Positions 43,501 through 58,400 of a stretch of DNA of 64,000 nucleotides are shown here, piece by piece. Positions within the stretch are counted from its first letter, which is position 1, and each line of letters opens with the position of its first letter. Origin of the DNA: Bugula neritina (Eukaryota; Animalia; Bryozoa); contig OZ037765.1 in NCBI GenBank assembly GCA_964035545.1, positions 26,225,504 through 26,289,503 of the forward strand, written 5' to 3'. The notes under the pieces were generated by a model that did no database searches, had not been told where the DNA came from, and was given only the letters and a program-made list of their open reading frames with translations. The position numbers were made by a program, and so were the translations under genes.

Positions 43501-46500
43501 AAGTAACAAACCATCCACCTACATAAGAAAACACAGCACCTTCAAAATCATGTAAATTTAATACTTACTACTTACTTGCAGAGTTACATAATGCAATATA
43601 GTCTCAAAACATTCTACCAATGCCATAATTACTATACACCAAACAAAGGAGTTTCTGTTGCAATAACTAGGCAAGCAACAAACAGAAATGTTGAATTACC
43701 TGTTTCTGCCACGGTACAGGTACAAGAGCATATATATCCTGGGCTGAGGCTACAAACACGCGGTCAGACTGCTCCTGTAGACTCACTCCTCTCTGAAACT
43801 GAAGAGCTTGTTTCTGTTGCTGATTCAGGGCACTGAATGACCACAAAATACACTCCAGTTAGCATAGCATATGTTACAGCTAGCATATCATATGTTACAG
43901 CTAGCATATCATATGTTACAGTTAGCATATCATATGTTACAGTTAGCATATCATATATTACAGCTAGCATAGCATATGTTTCTGTTAGTGCATAATATGC
44001 TTCAGTCCAAAATTTCAAATAAAAGGTTTTGAGATAGTGAAGAAATCTTCAATCAGCTTATTTTTGAATTTTTTGTAAAAGTAAATGCATAAGCCCAAAC
44101 AGACATATGTACAGCCTATATTGATAAACTGATTACTTTGCTTTCATGTTATTTTTTGCTAAACTTAAAATGATCTAAACTAAAGAATATAACAACTCGT
44201 TTTTAAAGTTGTTTTTTATCTTTTAATGTTACATATTAAATGTTTTAATGCAATAATAGTCTGAGACGCTCCAAGACAATGCATGCACATAGTATATATA
44301 GTCTTGGACACAAGCACATATAATAGTTTGAACGTACTTGTACACCACAACAAACTCAGAGTTCAACGACACGATGTATGGGGAAGAGAAAGCAAGAGAA
44401 AAGGTTCCAGATTTGAGTTGTATTGGAGGACGTTGAGAGACACCCGAAACTGTAGCAAATATTCCTAAATCACTGGGTCCACCCAGAAAGAACTCTCCCT
44501 GGTAATCGGAAATAACAAAATATGTATAAAAAGTTTATTATTCGATTGCAAAAGGCAAGATAACTCTTAGTATTAAAAGGCTGCCAGGTTTATAAACTTA
44601 CAGGAGCCACTCTTTTGACGAATGGAGTATCAGCTTCGTTGTCGTACGCAAACAGCTCCGTCAGCTTTGAGGTCTCCACGTTGACACACACATACTTAGT
44701 TTGCAGAGCCACACACACTGTTGAAGAGTCCATACTCTAGAATTAGATTTCATGGCAATTCACTTTAGACACAATAAAATCAAGCAAACGCCAGTGTGTA
44801 CACATATAACTAAGTAACATACAGTAAACTTTATACTCACCACAATACGAGGAAGCTCGGGTAATCCAATATCCCGGATGTGTATCCATTTTTCAGCTGT
44901 GATGTTATAGAGTTGAATGTGCCTCTTTCTACTTGCAATGCAAACCTACGAAACAAAAGTAGCAGCAAAGTTCAATTCAAAGTAAAATTAGTATCGCAAT
45001 CCATTTTGCAAAATATTTGAAATTATTAAACATATCAATTGGTAAGAAAACTTAACAATTTCATTTCGAAAGTCTACGACTTAAAACTGCAAAGAAAGAG
45101 ATTTAATAACTAGAACATCTAACCTGCTGCCCGAAGGGGCTGCCGCCTTCTTTATTTTCATTCACACAAAATGTCTGAACATTCTTAAAGCGCTCATGAC
45201 TTGGAGACAAATCAAACCTGGTAGTGTCAAACACACAAATAGTTCCATCAACTAATATAATTACTTGGTCTGCTGTGGGCACATATTTCACTAACTGTAA
45301 TGGCTTCTTCTGTAATGCACACAGCACATGAGTTTGAGTACAAGTATACAAATATACGAGTAGACGAGATAAAGGTTCAATTAGAAATATAGAAGAAAAG
45401 GTATGCAGGGCTAGAAAGGAATAATGCAATTGTATATGTGTATGTATGAGCATATCTGAATAATATTAACACCAAAAAGTATTTGAGAAGTGGTGATAAT
45501 TTCCATACTTAACTATACATGACAATATGAAACGTACTTCCTATATACAGTAAAACTATATTGTGCAATATTTCTGTGACATAACCACAATAATGATTCA
45601 GCTAAGAAAAGCAGTGACAAATATTCAAATCTGGTCTAAAGAACTAGATTAGAAAGAAAATTGTGAGAATCAACATGCGGCCGAATGATTCATAACAATT
45701 ACATAATGCACACAAAGTGTTAACTTTAGATATGGAGAATAATGTTATAACAAAGCTAGTGAATTCTGCTGACCAGTGAAGGCTAAATATTCAGTCAACG
45801 GGTAAAATTTGAAACACCTCAAAAGTTCACAGTAGTTCAACAGCTTATTATTGCTGCTTGCATATGGAAACCCATTATGTTTGATGAACTTTGCTAGTTT
45901 CTCCACTTGTTGTATTGATTTTATGTCAAACTATGAGCAACTCCTAGAAACTTAACTCTTTGATAAATGTAACTTCTTTTTGGCTAGTAGTTGGTACTTA
46001 GATAACCTCTAATGGCACTTTAATTATGATTGTGAAAGCAAAACACAACTACGTATCAAAATGTTAAAAAACATAAAAGAATAGCACATGTATAAGGCAG
46101 TAGCAGCATTGAGATAAGATACTTTACATAAGCGCCACACTAGTAAGTATAAAAACGGGAGCACAACTCTACAAACCTGAAGTGGAAATCATTTTTGAGT
46201 TATATCAATTTTTGAGCATAAAATTTTTAGTTTAAAAGTTCAACGAATTTTGGGAATTTGAAAACCTACAAGGCCAAAAGAGATTTTACTTTTTCACCAT
46301 CTGCTAAGTTTATCACTGAATATAAATTTGCACACATAATGGACTTACAGCTACTGCTTTCTTTCCTTGTAAATGTGATTTGAAAATAACTCGTTCAGCT
46401 GTCTTTCTTTCATCAATTATATAATGAATGATAAATCTAAAATAGTAAAATGAATATTGATGAGTAATTCGCTTACATTGATTAGAAAATTAAAAATATT

Positions 46501-47235
46501 AATTTTTACATATAATATGGGTTAAATCGGAAACTTTAAAACATCATTTACAAAAGCAAAGTCACAATAAAGATCATAATCACCCATTAGTAGTTCCAAT
46601 GAAGAGATTTTTTGTGCAGCAATCAAAACAAACTATCTAAAAATGTGAAAACAACACAATTAATAATATATTAATAATATAATATAAAATAATATATAAT
46701 AATATTATATATTAATATTATAATTATAATAATACAATTATAATATTAATATAATTAATAAAGACAACAGCTTAATATATTACCAAGCTGTTGTCTTTAT
46801 GACAATTAGAAATTCTCAGACATAAAAGTTCTCACATATATACTACACATACACACTAATGCAGGTTAACATTAATCCAAGTATTCTTTTTATATACTGG
46901 CAGTAAATATTAATTGCACCTGTTTAAAATCACAATGGTTAGATATAATTAAAAATGTACATGGCTGTTATAACTTTTTTTTGCATTTCCTTCTACCATA
47001 ATTTTAAATCTAAAAGTATATACTACATACCAAATTAGGTCAGCGAAAAATTACTTTTTGAATGAGGATTATATAGCTATGTTATACTAACCACTTTTTA
47101 TAAATTTCCTAACTAGCATTCAAGTGAACTTACATCTACAGGGTTAGCTGACGGCAATGCATGTTTCCCACGAATATCAGCTAACAAAATGCTTCTTTCC
47201 AAAGTGGACACCAAATCAAATGCCTTGGAACTCAT
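37514..47235 (-). CDS. TGFBRAP1: TGFBRAP1/Vps3 (CORVET subunit; CNH, clathrin-like repeat, C-terminal Zn finger); ~19 coding exons, first 47235-47134, last 37607-37514
   Basis: N-terminus MSSKAFDLVSTLER; GEFFLGGPSDLGIF...SQRPPI; LVPVPWQKQVDGLL; QKAGFIEF; DLREVVSLFPGLL; SRPPLHDFADVNQI; LIPDDWSIALLSKF; C-terminal CESCHQLF...VVHISC. Closer to TGFBRAP1 than VPS39 by remembered motifs. Confidence 0.88.
39455..39725. repeat. 15-bp intronic minisatellite (TACAC[T/C]ATA[T/C]ATACT, ~18 copies)
   Basis: Directly visible; it produces the spurious YTYTI / SIYSV ORFs. Confidence 0.95.
43855..43995. repeat. 21-bp intronic minisatellite (TAGCATATCATATGTTACAGY, ~6 copies)
   Basis: Directly visible. Confidence 0.9.
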
Positions 47236-49475
47236 CCTTGTTCATTATCTGATAAGAAACACCAGACTTTTTTAAGAGTGAACCAGGTTACAATCTACCC
47301 CACTGCCGTAGCACTGTTATACTTGTACAATAGTTAAAATATAAAACTTTAGCTCTAACGATTCTCTGCACATTACATAATCTTCTATTTCAAAACTGCA
47401 ATAACCTAAGTAAAATGTTAGGTTCATTTGCAACTTATTTCAGTAATAAATAAGCATAGATCTAACTAGTTAGAAAAAATCGTATTGGCAATTCATCTCT
47501 GAACAAAAATAAAAAAATATAAAATAATCAACAATATTTACTATTCTTTATCGCACAATAAAAATTTGTATTTACTTATACTTGGGATAGGCTGTATGCA
47601 GCATATCAGTTAGATTAGTATCACAGCAAGTGACTGAAAATTAGGTAGAAAAATTAAAGACAAAGCTTTAAAAGGCTTATCACAATGTTTATAGCTATAT
47701 TTGTAAAAAGTATAGCAAATTGATGTCAATGAAATACTGAATCCTGATATTAATAATAATAATTATCTTGCAGACAAGTGTATTAGAGTTATTAATTGGC
47801 AAAGAATTTACATTTAAAAAAATTTCCTAACAAAAACTAAAAAAATATTTCAATCTAATAGGCAACTAATGCTACTAGTTTGACAATAGGCTTGGAAACT
47901 TATTTGAATGTTTGCTTTTAATGCTAAAAACTTAATTAAGCAATTAGTGAATTAAAGACATTGACTGGTCTAAAATTTCAAAACTTGCACTTACAACAAG
48001 CCAAATAGAATTTCTAATGTGAGTTAAATAAATAATAAAGTAAGTGAAGTCATGGAATTTTCAGCACTCAAGTCAGCAATGAGTTAATGTGACTTGGATC
48101 CAGCCCTGACAATCACAATGACACTTATATTTATACAATTGTTAAATTATATTAGTGATCAATCAAATTTTAATTCAAATAAAAAATTCAGCCCATTACT
48201 AACTATTTCAATGCTACTAAACTTAAAGAGCCTTAATGATTATTTAAATCTAATGGTGTTTAACCATTATTAGTACTAATATATTATATTAATATATGGA
48301 GTATGACATTGATTATTATCACGATTATGATAGTTGCTCTGGATATAACTTTTATTAACTTGAAAACAATCACAACATAATGAATATTAATTCAAACAGC
48401 TAGATCTCACCAGCAATCCTAAGCTTAAGGCTACTAGTAGCACAATATCAATATGAATATTTTATTTTACCGTTGGCATTTACACTTCAAATTTAAGCTG
48501 TTACTGTTAGACATATTGTTAAACTTAAACAATTACAACAAAATTAAATCTAAATGCCTGTAATTTCACCGTTTTTATTGATTATTAACTTTCAACATTT
48601 TTCCTAAAAAGACATTCACATTGTCATTGTGATGATTATATTTAATTTTATAATTATTTTATACAATTATATAAAACACAAATATACATGACTGAAGTAA
48701 CTCAGTAACTACAACTACAAGCGCTTGCAATTGCGATCAGCACGAGTATGTCAGTGTCACTATCAGTATGAGTGTCAGTGTGAACTGAGATCACTCATAT
48801 TCAGACTGAGATTCAGTCATTCAGTTTCACTGATTTAGATTATCATCATGATCACTTGACGTTGACTGTGTCATGTCGACTTGGGCCATTGGTTGCCATG
48901 AAATAGAAGCTTTTCAAGATTTAAACTGCTGTGACTTGTAGTTGAACTCAACTCTGTTAAAAAACATTATATACTTGAAGTTATACTATGTCGGCATGAG
49001 CAACTTTAATGTTAGTGCAGCTATGTCAAACTTGGCTACATGATTTTAAAATGACCTTGAAAATTTACTTTGGTGGGTGTACGCATTTATAGTCCGCCGT
49101 ATCTCGCTCTTAACTTATTTTCTTTGTGGTGTACAAATAGTACAATCACAAAATTTAGAGCGAGTTTAAAATTATCTAAAAGTAATTTTAATGGGTTCGA
49201 AAAAACAATAGGTTAAAGTTCAATTATAACCGTACAAATAAACAAACTCGACTAGTATTTATATTTACTTAAAATTATGGCCCTAAAACCGTCCAAAAAC
49301 AATATCGTTACCCAATACGCACCAAAAATAAAAACAATACCCATCATATTGCAAAGATATTACTGGATTGCTGCTAGTATCTCATTTCAGGAAATCAATT
49401 TTGACCACCGAAAAGTCAGCTGGGTCACGCAGGTGCGCGTGCCGTGACGTAATCATAACAACAGTAGAAGCCAAC

Positions 49476-52400
49476 ATGGGGGATTGTGCAAAACTACGTT
49501 GCGTTCACGAAAAGAGGCAAATCAGGAAAGAACTTAGTTCTTGGTACAAAAAAGTACCATATGTAGTAGGTAAGTATGGCTTTTTAAAACAACACTAGTA
49601 TTTATAAAAAAATGAGATTTAAAAAACATGAATTGTTATCTTGGTCATGTAGTAATAATTACATTATTTATTATTACAGTTAATGTTATGGTTAACCTAG
49701 GATAGTGCCATATACAATTGTTGTTGATGTTATTGCTATTGTAATGACATATAACTAACTTAATACAAGCATTTAGTCTTCACTACAAAAGAGAAACAGA
49801 GTTAAAGTTATAATGTTTGCAACTACAATTTGTTAACTTTGACTTTTCAGACCTGTAATATCAAGTTTCTTGCTGGACAAGAGCACTTTATTATCATCAC
49901 AATTTGTTCTATTTGATTCTCCAAGCTTCTATTTTCAGTTTTAAGTATTTGGATTTAATAATAAATTGTCGTTTAAGCCATTTTTACAACCATAACCCTG
50001 TATTTACACAATACATACAAATCGTATCACATTCAAGCATATATCTACACACATGATCATAATGTACTACTATTATAAAATATTCTCTATAAGTCTATAC
50101 TTAGATGTTGTAGCAGTAAAACAGCTAGAATGACACTGCCCTTACAGTATGCACTTCTAAAAACTATATGCTAATTTTTCTTCCCTTCTAAAGCTATTGC
50201 CTCATATAGGCCTACTATATACAAGTTACTGTTGCTAATTTGAGTTTGAATATTAAGTTGAAACTCAGTTTTACGGAAACTCTTGTAACTTCGAATCAAC
50301 TGACAACTTTATTTACCATGTAATTCTAAGCTGCCTAAACTATGTCAATATTTCTTGCTATACTTACTTTAGGAGTTTTTACCAGCTTCATTTAAAAATA
50401 TGGAGCTGTAAATGATATATGAACGCAGAGGCTTTTGCTAAAGCACAGTTATATGATGATGAAGTTAGTATACTCTTTTAAAAATGAAAGGCAAAATTTT
50501 GAATTTACCTGATAATTTTGAATTTGAAAAGACCACAATTTCTTAAAATTTAGTGAGTCTAGTCACAAGTAGAAGTGAGCAGGATTAGTCTTTGAAAACT
50601 TGCCACACTACAGATAGATCTGCTGTTGGTAAATGAGTGTTTGTGGTAGACTCAGATGGACTAGTAGGTCTTACCAACAGAAAACTAATCATATGTCTAT
50701 TAATAATAAAACTGAAAATAGGATATATATGAATGTAACTAGTATTAGTACTTTAGCTTATCTGTCAAAGTAATAATGGTTGTGGTGGCTGGCAATCTCC
50801 CCTATTTAACAAGGGGAACTGTCATAAATTGTAGACTTTCCCATTTTAGGATAATATACTACTAGCTGTACATTGGCCAGGTAAAAGTCTTACAAGCATT
50901 GTAGATCACAATTAGGTTGTGATTACTTTTATTTAAAGTTTACCAATTTGTTTGAATGACAGCATTAATTTGATTGCTTGTGATTGACACGTGAGACTGG
51001 CAGTACTTGCTTAGGCCTCGAAGAGCTAGCCACAATTATTTGTTTGCAATACTGGAAGTTTGCTTGTGTAATTATAGATATATAATATCATCTGATGTTT
51101 TTATCAATAACTAGTCCATTGTTTGTCAAATATGCGGTTAAGGTGGTCTAACATTTTACAGCCTTGTCGGGCAAACTTACAAAACTTACTAATTGGCTAA
51201 ACGTTGAAAAATCTAAATAATTAAAGTATAATAATTATCTCAGCCGTATCCACATGACTAGTACGTTCATGTTTTGTTGATAGAAAAAGTAAACCATTAG
51301 AAGCTAATCAATGATAACTCTCAGTTAGTAAACTAAAACTACCCACTATTGTATACTGTACAAGTAGGTATGCTAATTCATATATAGACACTGGCCATTA
51401 GCAATTAGAATTTGGGAATTATTGATTTTTGGGGTTAAAGCTCTTGTTATATATCAATGCCGAAATAGTGGAGTGCTTATACATACATGTATTTTCTTGA
51501 CAAATGTGATGCAAGTATTCAGATTTAATTAGCTATGCTTTATAGCATTTATGTCAACTAGGAGGCTCTGATGTTCATCTAATCACTAATGCATTCGTTT
51601 TCTTCATCTCTTGCCCATGTTATAAATTCAAGCTGTTGCCATAATTACATCTTACAGAAATGGTCGCAGTTCATGCTTTGATTTTTGTTAACCAGCATAT
51701 CTAACTGGTAGATAAAAGAATGCAAGTTTTCTTTGATAGATATAATTTCAGATATGACTCCATACTAACTAAAATACTGCATGAACTGTTTTGTGTTGCT
51801 TCAGCGTGCTACATCCAATTGACTGGCCGAATATAACACATTTTGTAAGTTGTTTAAGCCATCAACAACTTTTTATTATGCACAAACTGTATCCTAATAT
51901 TGATTTTTCACAAAATATCATCTAATTTCTCATTACACCTTGCTTGGTTTGCTTAGCTGTACCATGGGAAAATGCTATCGTATTATTTATGATAACCTAA
52001 GTTGATGAGATACTAAGCTTACAACCAAACTGGCTGGCGTTACTTTTGAAGATTCAATTGCACTTGCACAATGAAACAACACAACACATACAATAATAAT
52101 GAAGACATTTGTAAGCAAACTTTAAATCATTCATGTTATTAGGACAGGTGATATCTGAGGTTTCAACACATGTTTTCCTTATGCAAAATTTACTGATATT
52201 CAAATCAAATAAATCATACACTCCCAAAACTAAAACAACAATATGGTATTCAGTGCTCACTCACTAAGTTGTAATGACACTATTCATAGCTCATAGAGTG
52301 AACAAATAAAATATGCTGTTGTCAAACTTGATGCCCAACTGGTCGTGAAAATAGCTTTTAATGCCATAATTGGGTAGGCTATATGAGTAGTAATTTTAAC

Positions 52401-55400
52401 ATTAAGAACATTTTCCACAACTCATTTGTAGAATTAATATGAGTGGTTGAGATTCTGCTAAACTTACTTGGTGATATTTAGAGCAGTTAAACCACCTATG
52501 TTTGAACTAGTGATTGCTGGAACTATGTAGTTTTACTTTTAAAGGTCTTCTATCAGTAACTACTTATTGCATCATTAGATTTCAACATGCATAGAGTGTT
52601 TTTATGACATAAGAATAAATTCTCTGATTAAGAAAGACAAAAGTAGTAAGCACCCATCATTTGATTTTTATGCCAAGTCATAGATTTTAAGAATTTCAAG
52701 TTGTCTAATAATGTTGGAAATGGTCTTATGTGGCAGAAAACCATTAATATTAATTTGTAAAGCAGTAAAAGCCCCTCTAAACTTTAATAACTTCTCAATA
52801 TAGGCAGGCCGAGTATATTAAGAGTAGGCTGTACTACTAGGTAACATAATTAATAATTCTTGTTGCTTATCAACTATAAGCTTCACCAGTTTTATAATCT
52901 CTGCCAATAAATTTTAGCTCAATAATAATTCAAGTGTTTAATCAAGGTGAGTAATAGCAATGCCTCACAAATATTTTGTCAAAGTTATGTCTCTTAACAG
53001 ACCATGAAAATAACATCTTTAAAAAGCTACTTTCAATTCATCTGCCCACAAATGGCTCCACTTTTTCCCTAGAGTTTTGACTAAAGACAAAGAACTGTGA
53101 ATAAAGCTAACACTAAGTTCTAGTTGTACTATGTTAGTCTTCACAGAAATTTATAAGTCGAAAATTTATGTTTCAGGACTTGAGCTGGTGGCAGGCTCTC
53201 TGGCTGGTGGTCACATGAAAACACTTCTTCTCCCTTTTAATGGTGAGTTTATTCTCCTGTGAAGCTCACCTCTCAATCTCAGAGAACTGGCTAATGATGG
53301 CTATTACACTGTACTAGTGTCTTTCTAGTTTGTTGTACTAGTATTAGCATTGTCCACTGGGTGGAAGCTGGCTAATCACCCACACAGCAACTTAAGTTAA
53401 TTATAGTAATGGCAAGATGTATAAATTTGGTTGAACCAAATCAAGTTTTAATTAGTAACATTATAAAGTCACATGTATTCTAATACATTTAACTTACAAA
53501 ATTTCACAATTTAAAATGTACATTAGGTCAAGATGGTCAGTTATTGTTTACATTTCAACTAGTATGCAATTAAGTTGTAAATGAGTTGTGCATACATCTA
53601 TTTGTGGGAATCAAATTTTGAATACCTGTGCATGTCCACTGCTCACATGATGGGAAACTTTTATGCAAATTGTAAAACTATAGCCTTTTCATTAAACCTC
53701 AGTGTTAATAAACTCAACCCTAATTTGTGAACTTAATGAGATAGATCACCAATGTGTTTTCAAATCTACTATCTTTGTATTAACCAAATCCTTATTGTGA
53801 TTATGAATAGGATAAGATTTGTGAATTCTAAGAGGCAGGTGTCCTTAACTAGTAACTTAACATTTATAAGCCTATGCCTTTGTTCTTTAGGTTATATTCC
53901 TTTTGTAATCAAGCCGATATATTTAGGATGAGATCTGTTAGTAAAGATTTGCGTTTATTCAAGAGGGCAAGGGGGTTGTTTACGATTTAACTTGTAGTAA
54001 TTTTATTGATACTGATTCATTTACATTGCTATTTATATCACACTATTTTAATATCTTCCAGATTTTTCCTCTTAGATGCCATAACATCCCCTAAAACCAT
54101 TGGGATGGGAAGTACAGGAACTATTAGCATAACTAACAGCTGTCCCTATCAACCAATCAATTATTGCATTTAGAGTTTTTGTCTCAGTTTAATAAATATT
54201 GCACTATTTGTATAGAATAGCCCATGCAGCCACTATACTTTTATTGGGCATTATTACTATCAATGACAATATATAATATATTGCATTGTGTGATTTCATT
54301 TTACTCTACACTATAGCATATCATAGGAACATAGAGTTGTAAACCCTCGGATGTGGAATTGTATAAATAGTACTTATTCACATAGCCTTTGTAAAAGCTT
54401 CTGCCCTAACCATTACACTACAGGGGCATCTCAACAGTACAGCTTTACATTTTTAAATAAAAAGTATTATCTCAAATTTGTGATTAACAAACGCAAGTTT
54501 CTTCAATTTTAGATACTAAACTCGAAATAAAACTATAAACTTGTCAAACATTTTAGGTTATGCATGCTTCAAAATAGGCTACAACTGTAGTTAATATGTG
54601 CTACACTTCTTATAGCTTCCTCTATATATCAACATGGATGTTTTTAAATTTAAATTTGATTTTGCTGTCTATGTTGAGTAATCAATTACAATATGAAAAA
54701 TTATGTTTCGTTTTTGATTTGGAGTACAAACGGTGAAAAGAACTTGTAATTCATGTCAAATTCACAGTCATTGCATTTCTTCTTAAAAAGGGTATAAAGC
54801 CTATTTTTTAAACTCTGTAACCTTTTGAGCAAAAAACCCATTATACTGTTTTTTGTTCTAAGATAATTAGCTTTCCATTGCACTCTGTGGTAGCCAGCAG
54901 TTATAATATTTTATAACTAATAACGTAATTAATTATAAAATATTTTAAGCAAATTCAGTATCAAATAAACTTAATCTCTTGAAATTGTTAGAAGTAATAC
55001 CCTTTTTGCACTTATTAAAATCTAAATTCTAATTAGTGAGAGACTCGAAAAGCTATTTCACTCTTGTAGATATGGAAACAGACGAAGTAGAAGATTTTGA
55101 ATATAATAAGCCTCCCGTTTGCATATTTTGTGACGGCAAATCAACTGAAGATGTATTTGAATCGGAAAGCATTCCAGAATCAGCAACGTATAATAAGCAG
55201 ATAACTACCGATACCACTCCGCACTCAATCCCTACTACTACCAGACATAATAAAGATATCACTGGGTCACCTGCATCATCCTCCATTCCTGATATGCAAA
55301 CAATTGAAGGTTTGTTAATGGCTAAACCATATTTTAATAGATTTATCAAAAGTTTTAGAAAATATAATAGAGAGGAAAGAGTTTAACATTTCTTTAAATT

Positions 55401-58400
55401 TTAATTCATTTTTTTAAGATTTCAGAGAAGTTTTATAACTTTTCAAAAGGAAACTCTGTGCCTCACCATCATATAAACAGTTGGTTTCTTATTTCATGTT
55501 AAAAGCATTTATGGTAAGACTCATTAAGAGGTCAAACAAAGTAATTTTTGTTCTGAAAATTGTGAAAAAGACCTTGCATATTAGTTGGCTAGTTAGGTAA
55601 CTGTTTATAGTGATTTAAAAAAGTACAATGACCATCAATCTTTATTGGAAAGGCTTCTGAACTCTTGGCATTTATTTTGAATACTGAGAAATATTTCAAT
55701 TAAGTAACATGTAAAAGAGATTAGGTCGTTACTCAAATACAATATTGTTTACATATTACTCTTTTAACCAGTGCTATACTACTGGTATTTACACAGAGAG
55801 TTTTATATTTCATCATAATAAACAGTTCCATTCTAGTAAGAAAAATTAAATTCAATATCAATTATTGTTGCCAACTGTCTTTAATTTTTACCCAAGAATG
55901 TCAATTAGTCCAAAGTCAGGCTCTAGAGTCTAGAGTCGAGAAAAAGGGTGTCCAACTTAATTAAGCCCGTAGGCTATTTGTTCTGGCATTTCTTGTATAA
56001 ATTCAAGGGTAATTCCTATCCACACCGATTACAGATGGGTTAAAGTGTGTATAACATCAAATCACAGATAGGAAATACTTCTATTAATTCAAGATTAGTT
56101 GCAATGTTAACTATATATCATGTATGAAAAAAAAAACGGTAACTCAACTTGGAAAAGTTTGAAAAATTGCTTATGAAGCAGATGTTTGCAAATATCAGTC
56201 ATGGGTAAAAATGTTGGACTGCTCTGCCATAGAATATGAAATTATGAGAAGAAAACTATGAATATTTAGATCAATCAACTTCTATTGCAAAAATAAATAC
56301 CAGTTATTAATAACATTATGACCACCATGTACTCATCTGTAACAACTTCTTGGAGCTTGTTATTGAAACTTGTTACTCATTCACCTTTTTATATAGACAC
56401 GTTTACGTCAGTGCATGTTTTAAACGTTTTTAAATTGTTTCTAAAAAAAATTTCTTTACTTTGAATGTAAAAAAATTTCTGAAAAAAAATTGCCATCACC
56501 AAAAAGTATCACTCTGAAATAAATTTATGGCTGTCTTTATGGAGAACATGAGTCTGACGTTGGTATTTGAAAACGTACTGAACAAAGTCTTGACATTTTA
56601 GGAATAACAGCTCTATTAGGTTTCGTAAATTTGTGTAGCAATTAGTTGTAGTTGTATTTTTGACACTTATTGTCCTCCATAGCGTGGGTGATAGGTTTTT
56701 GTTCCTTACTAATTCGTGCCTCAACAGTAGAATTACATTTCATCTGACATTCAAAATAACTAATAATTATTCCAGTGTTGTATTTGGGACTGAGAAATTG
56801 TTAGTAGAAGCTAGAAGGAATTACACATTTTACGCAAAGCTATGTTTTTGCCCTTATCTATCTTAGTTTGAGTATTGATTTTAAGATTGCTTTGTCAAAG
56901 TTGGCTTGCATTAGTCTCAAATGTCATCAATTTGATGTCAGGCTAAAGTGCTAGTGCTGTTATTAATCGTTGTTCAAAGCTAGTTTTGGAAGTTGATGAG
57001 ATACGCTTTCAAACAAAAGACTCGAGTATATTTTAATTTTTGTAAAATCAATATAGCAGGAAAACTATTTGACAGTGAACTAAGAAAAGCTCCATTGAAC
57101 GCACAATATTTTAAAGAAAGCACATTCACTCTGCTAACGTGATCTTTTCATTAATTGGGTTGTGAACAGCTACGCTGTGTCAATTTTAGCGACATTAAGT
57201 TTCTCAGCTATTGAGTTGCAGAAATTTGTAGTAGAATTTTTGTAAACCAGTAAAACTTTTGAATGCAGTAAAACCTTAATAAATGGATTTTAGCTTTGGC
57301 TTGCTGTTATACATATTTGATAAATAGACGGCTGTTGTGTATGTTAAAACACTATTTAATTGTTATAACAAAAGTATGTGGAAAAGCAAGATCTATTCTT
57401 TCTACTAGAAGTTTTATGGTTTACATATGTACGTTTTCCAGCTGCACTTGTTTTCAACTTGTTTTGTTATTAGGTTTTTATTAACAATGAGGCAATATAT
57501 GATAAATTCTTTAATCTATATAATCAAAGCAGTTTTTGGTTAAAATGAATCACGTTTGACCCTATTTTTTAAGTCTAAATATTTGATATGGTTACCAATT
57601 CATACTGAAATTATTTTCAACCCAAAAACTTGTTATCAAAAATTACATCCGTAAGGATTAATGTACCTGTATCGAGGCTGAGTTAAAAGCGTTGAACTAA
57701 TAAACAGGTTTAATATTAGTTGTACAGTATCACCAAGATATCTTAATTAATATGTGAAATAAAAGAGATATCTCCCATTGGTTATATCATATCGTACTTT
57801 ATAATTAATAACAAAATGTTAAAGCCAAGGTGATTAATTAAGTTTTAGTAAGTGCTAGTGCATGCATGCAAGCAGCTATAATTGCAGTTTTTGTGAGAAT
57901 ATAGGTATAAATTATACTTGCAAACTATGTTTAAGGAGATTTTTTGAGACAGGGTGAAAATTATTCATAGTTTAATTATGCCCCTGTGATATATCACAGG
58001 TTTATCAAAAGGAATTACAGGCCCACTGAGTCAGTCTAAGGGTTTATTAAAAGAATGCAGAACTGCTTTGGTTTGTCAATCATATTTCCTCTTGTGACTT
58101 CTTGTTAGGTCTCAACAGCTTCTACAACCAGTTGGCCATGACGAGCTTATTGTATCAGCAGCAACAGTTACAATCAGCAGCAGTTGCAAAGTCAGCTTTA
58201 GCTGGTAGGCCTTCAACTAGCAGCAACCATAAGCAGTCACCACTGCTGTTAGGGATGCCGACAGATAATGGCTTTGATACACAAGTGCCACCCTCTTGCA
58301 GTGCTGCACTTAACCAACTCTCTGCTGTTGCTGCTGCTGAAACAGACCTGAAGATCCCAGAGATACGGCGCAAGTGAGTAGGCCTACGTATTAATTAATT

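Noticed and set aside
50855-50900. Helitron terminus (ACTAG...) in an E93-like intron
   Set aside because: The subterminal hairpin is too degenerate to support.
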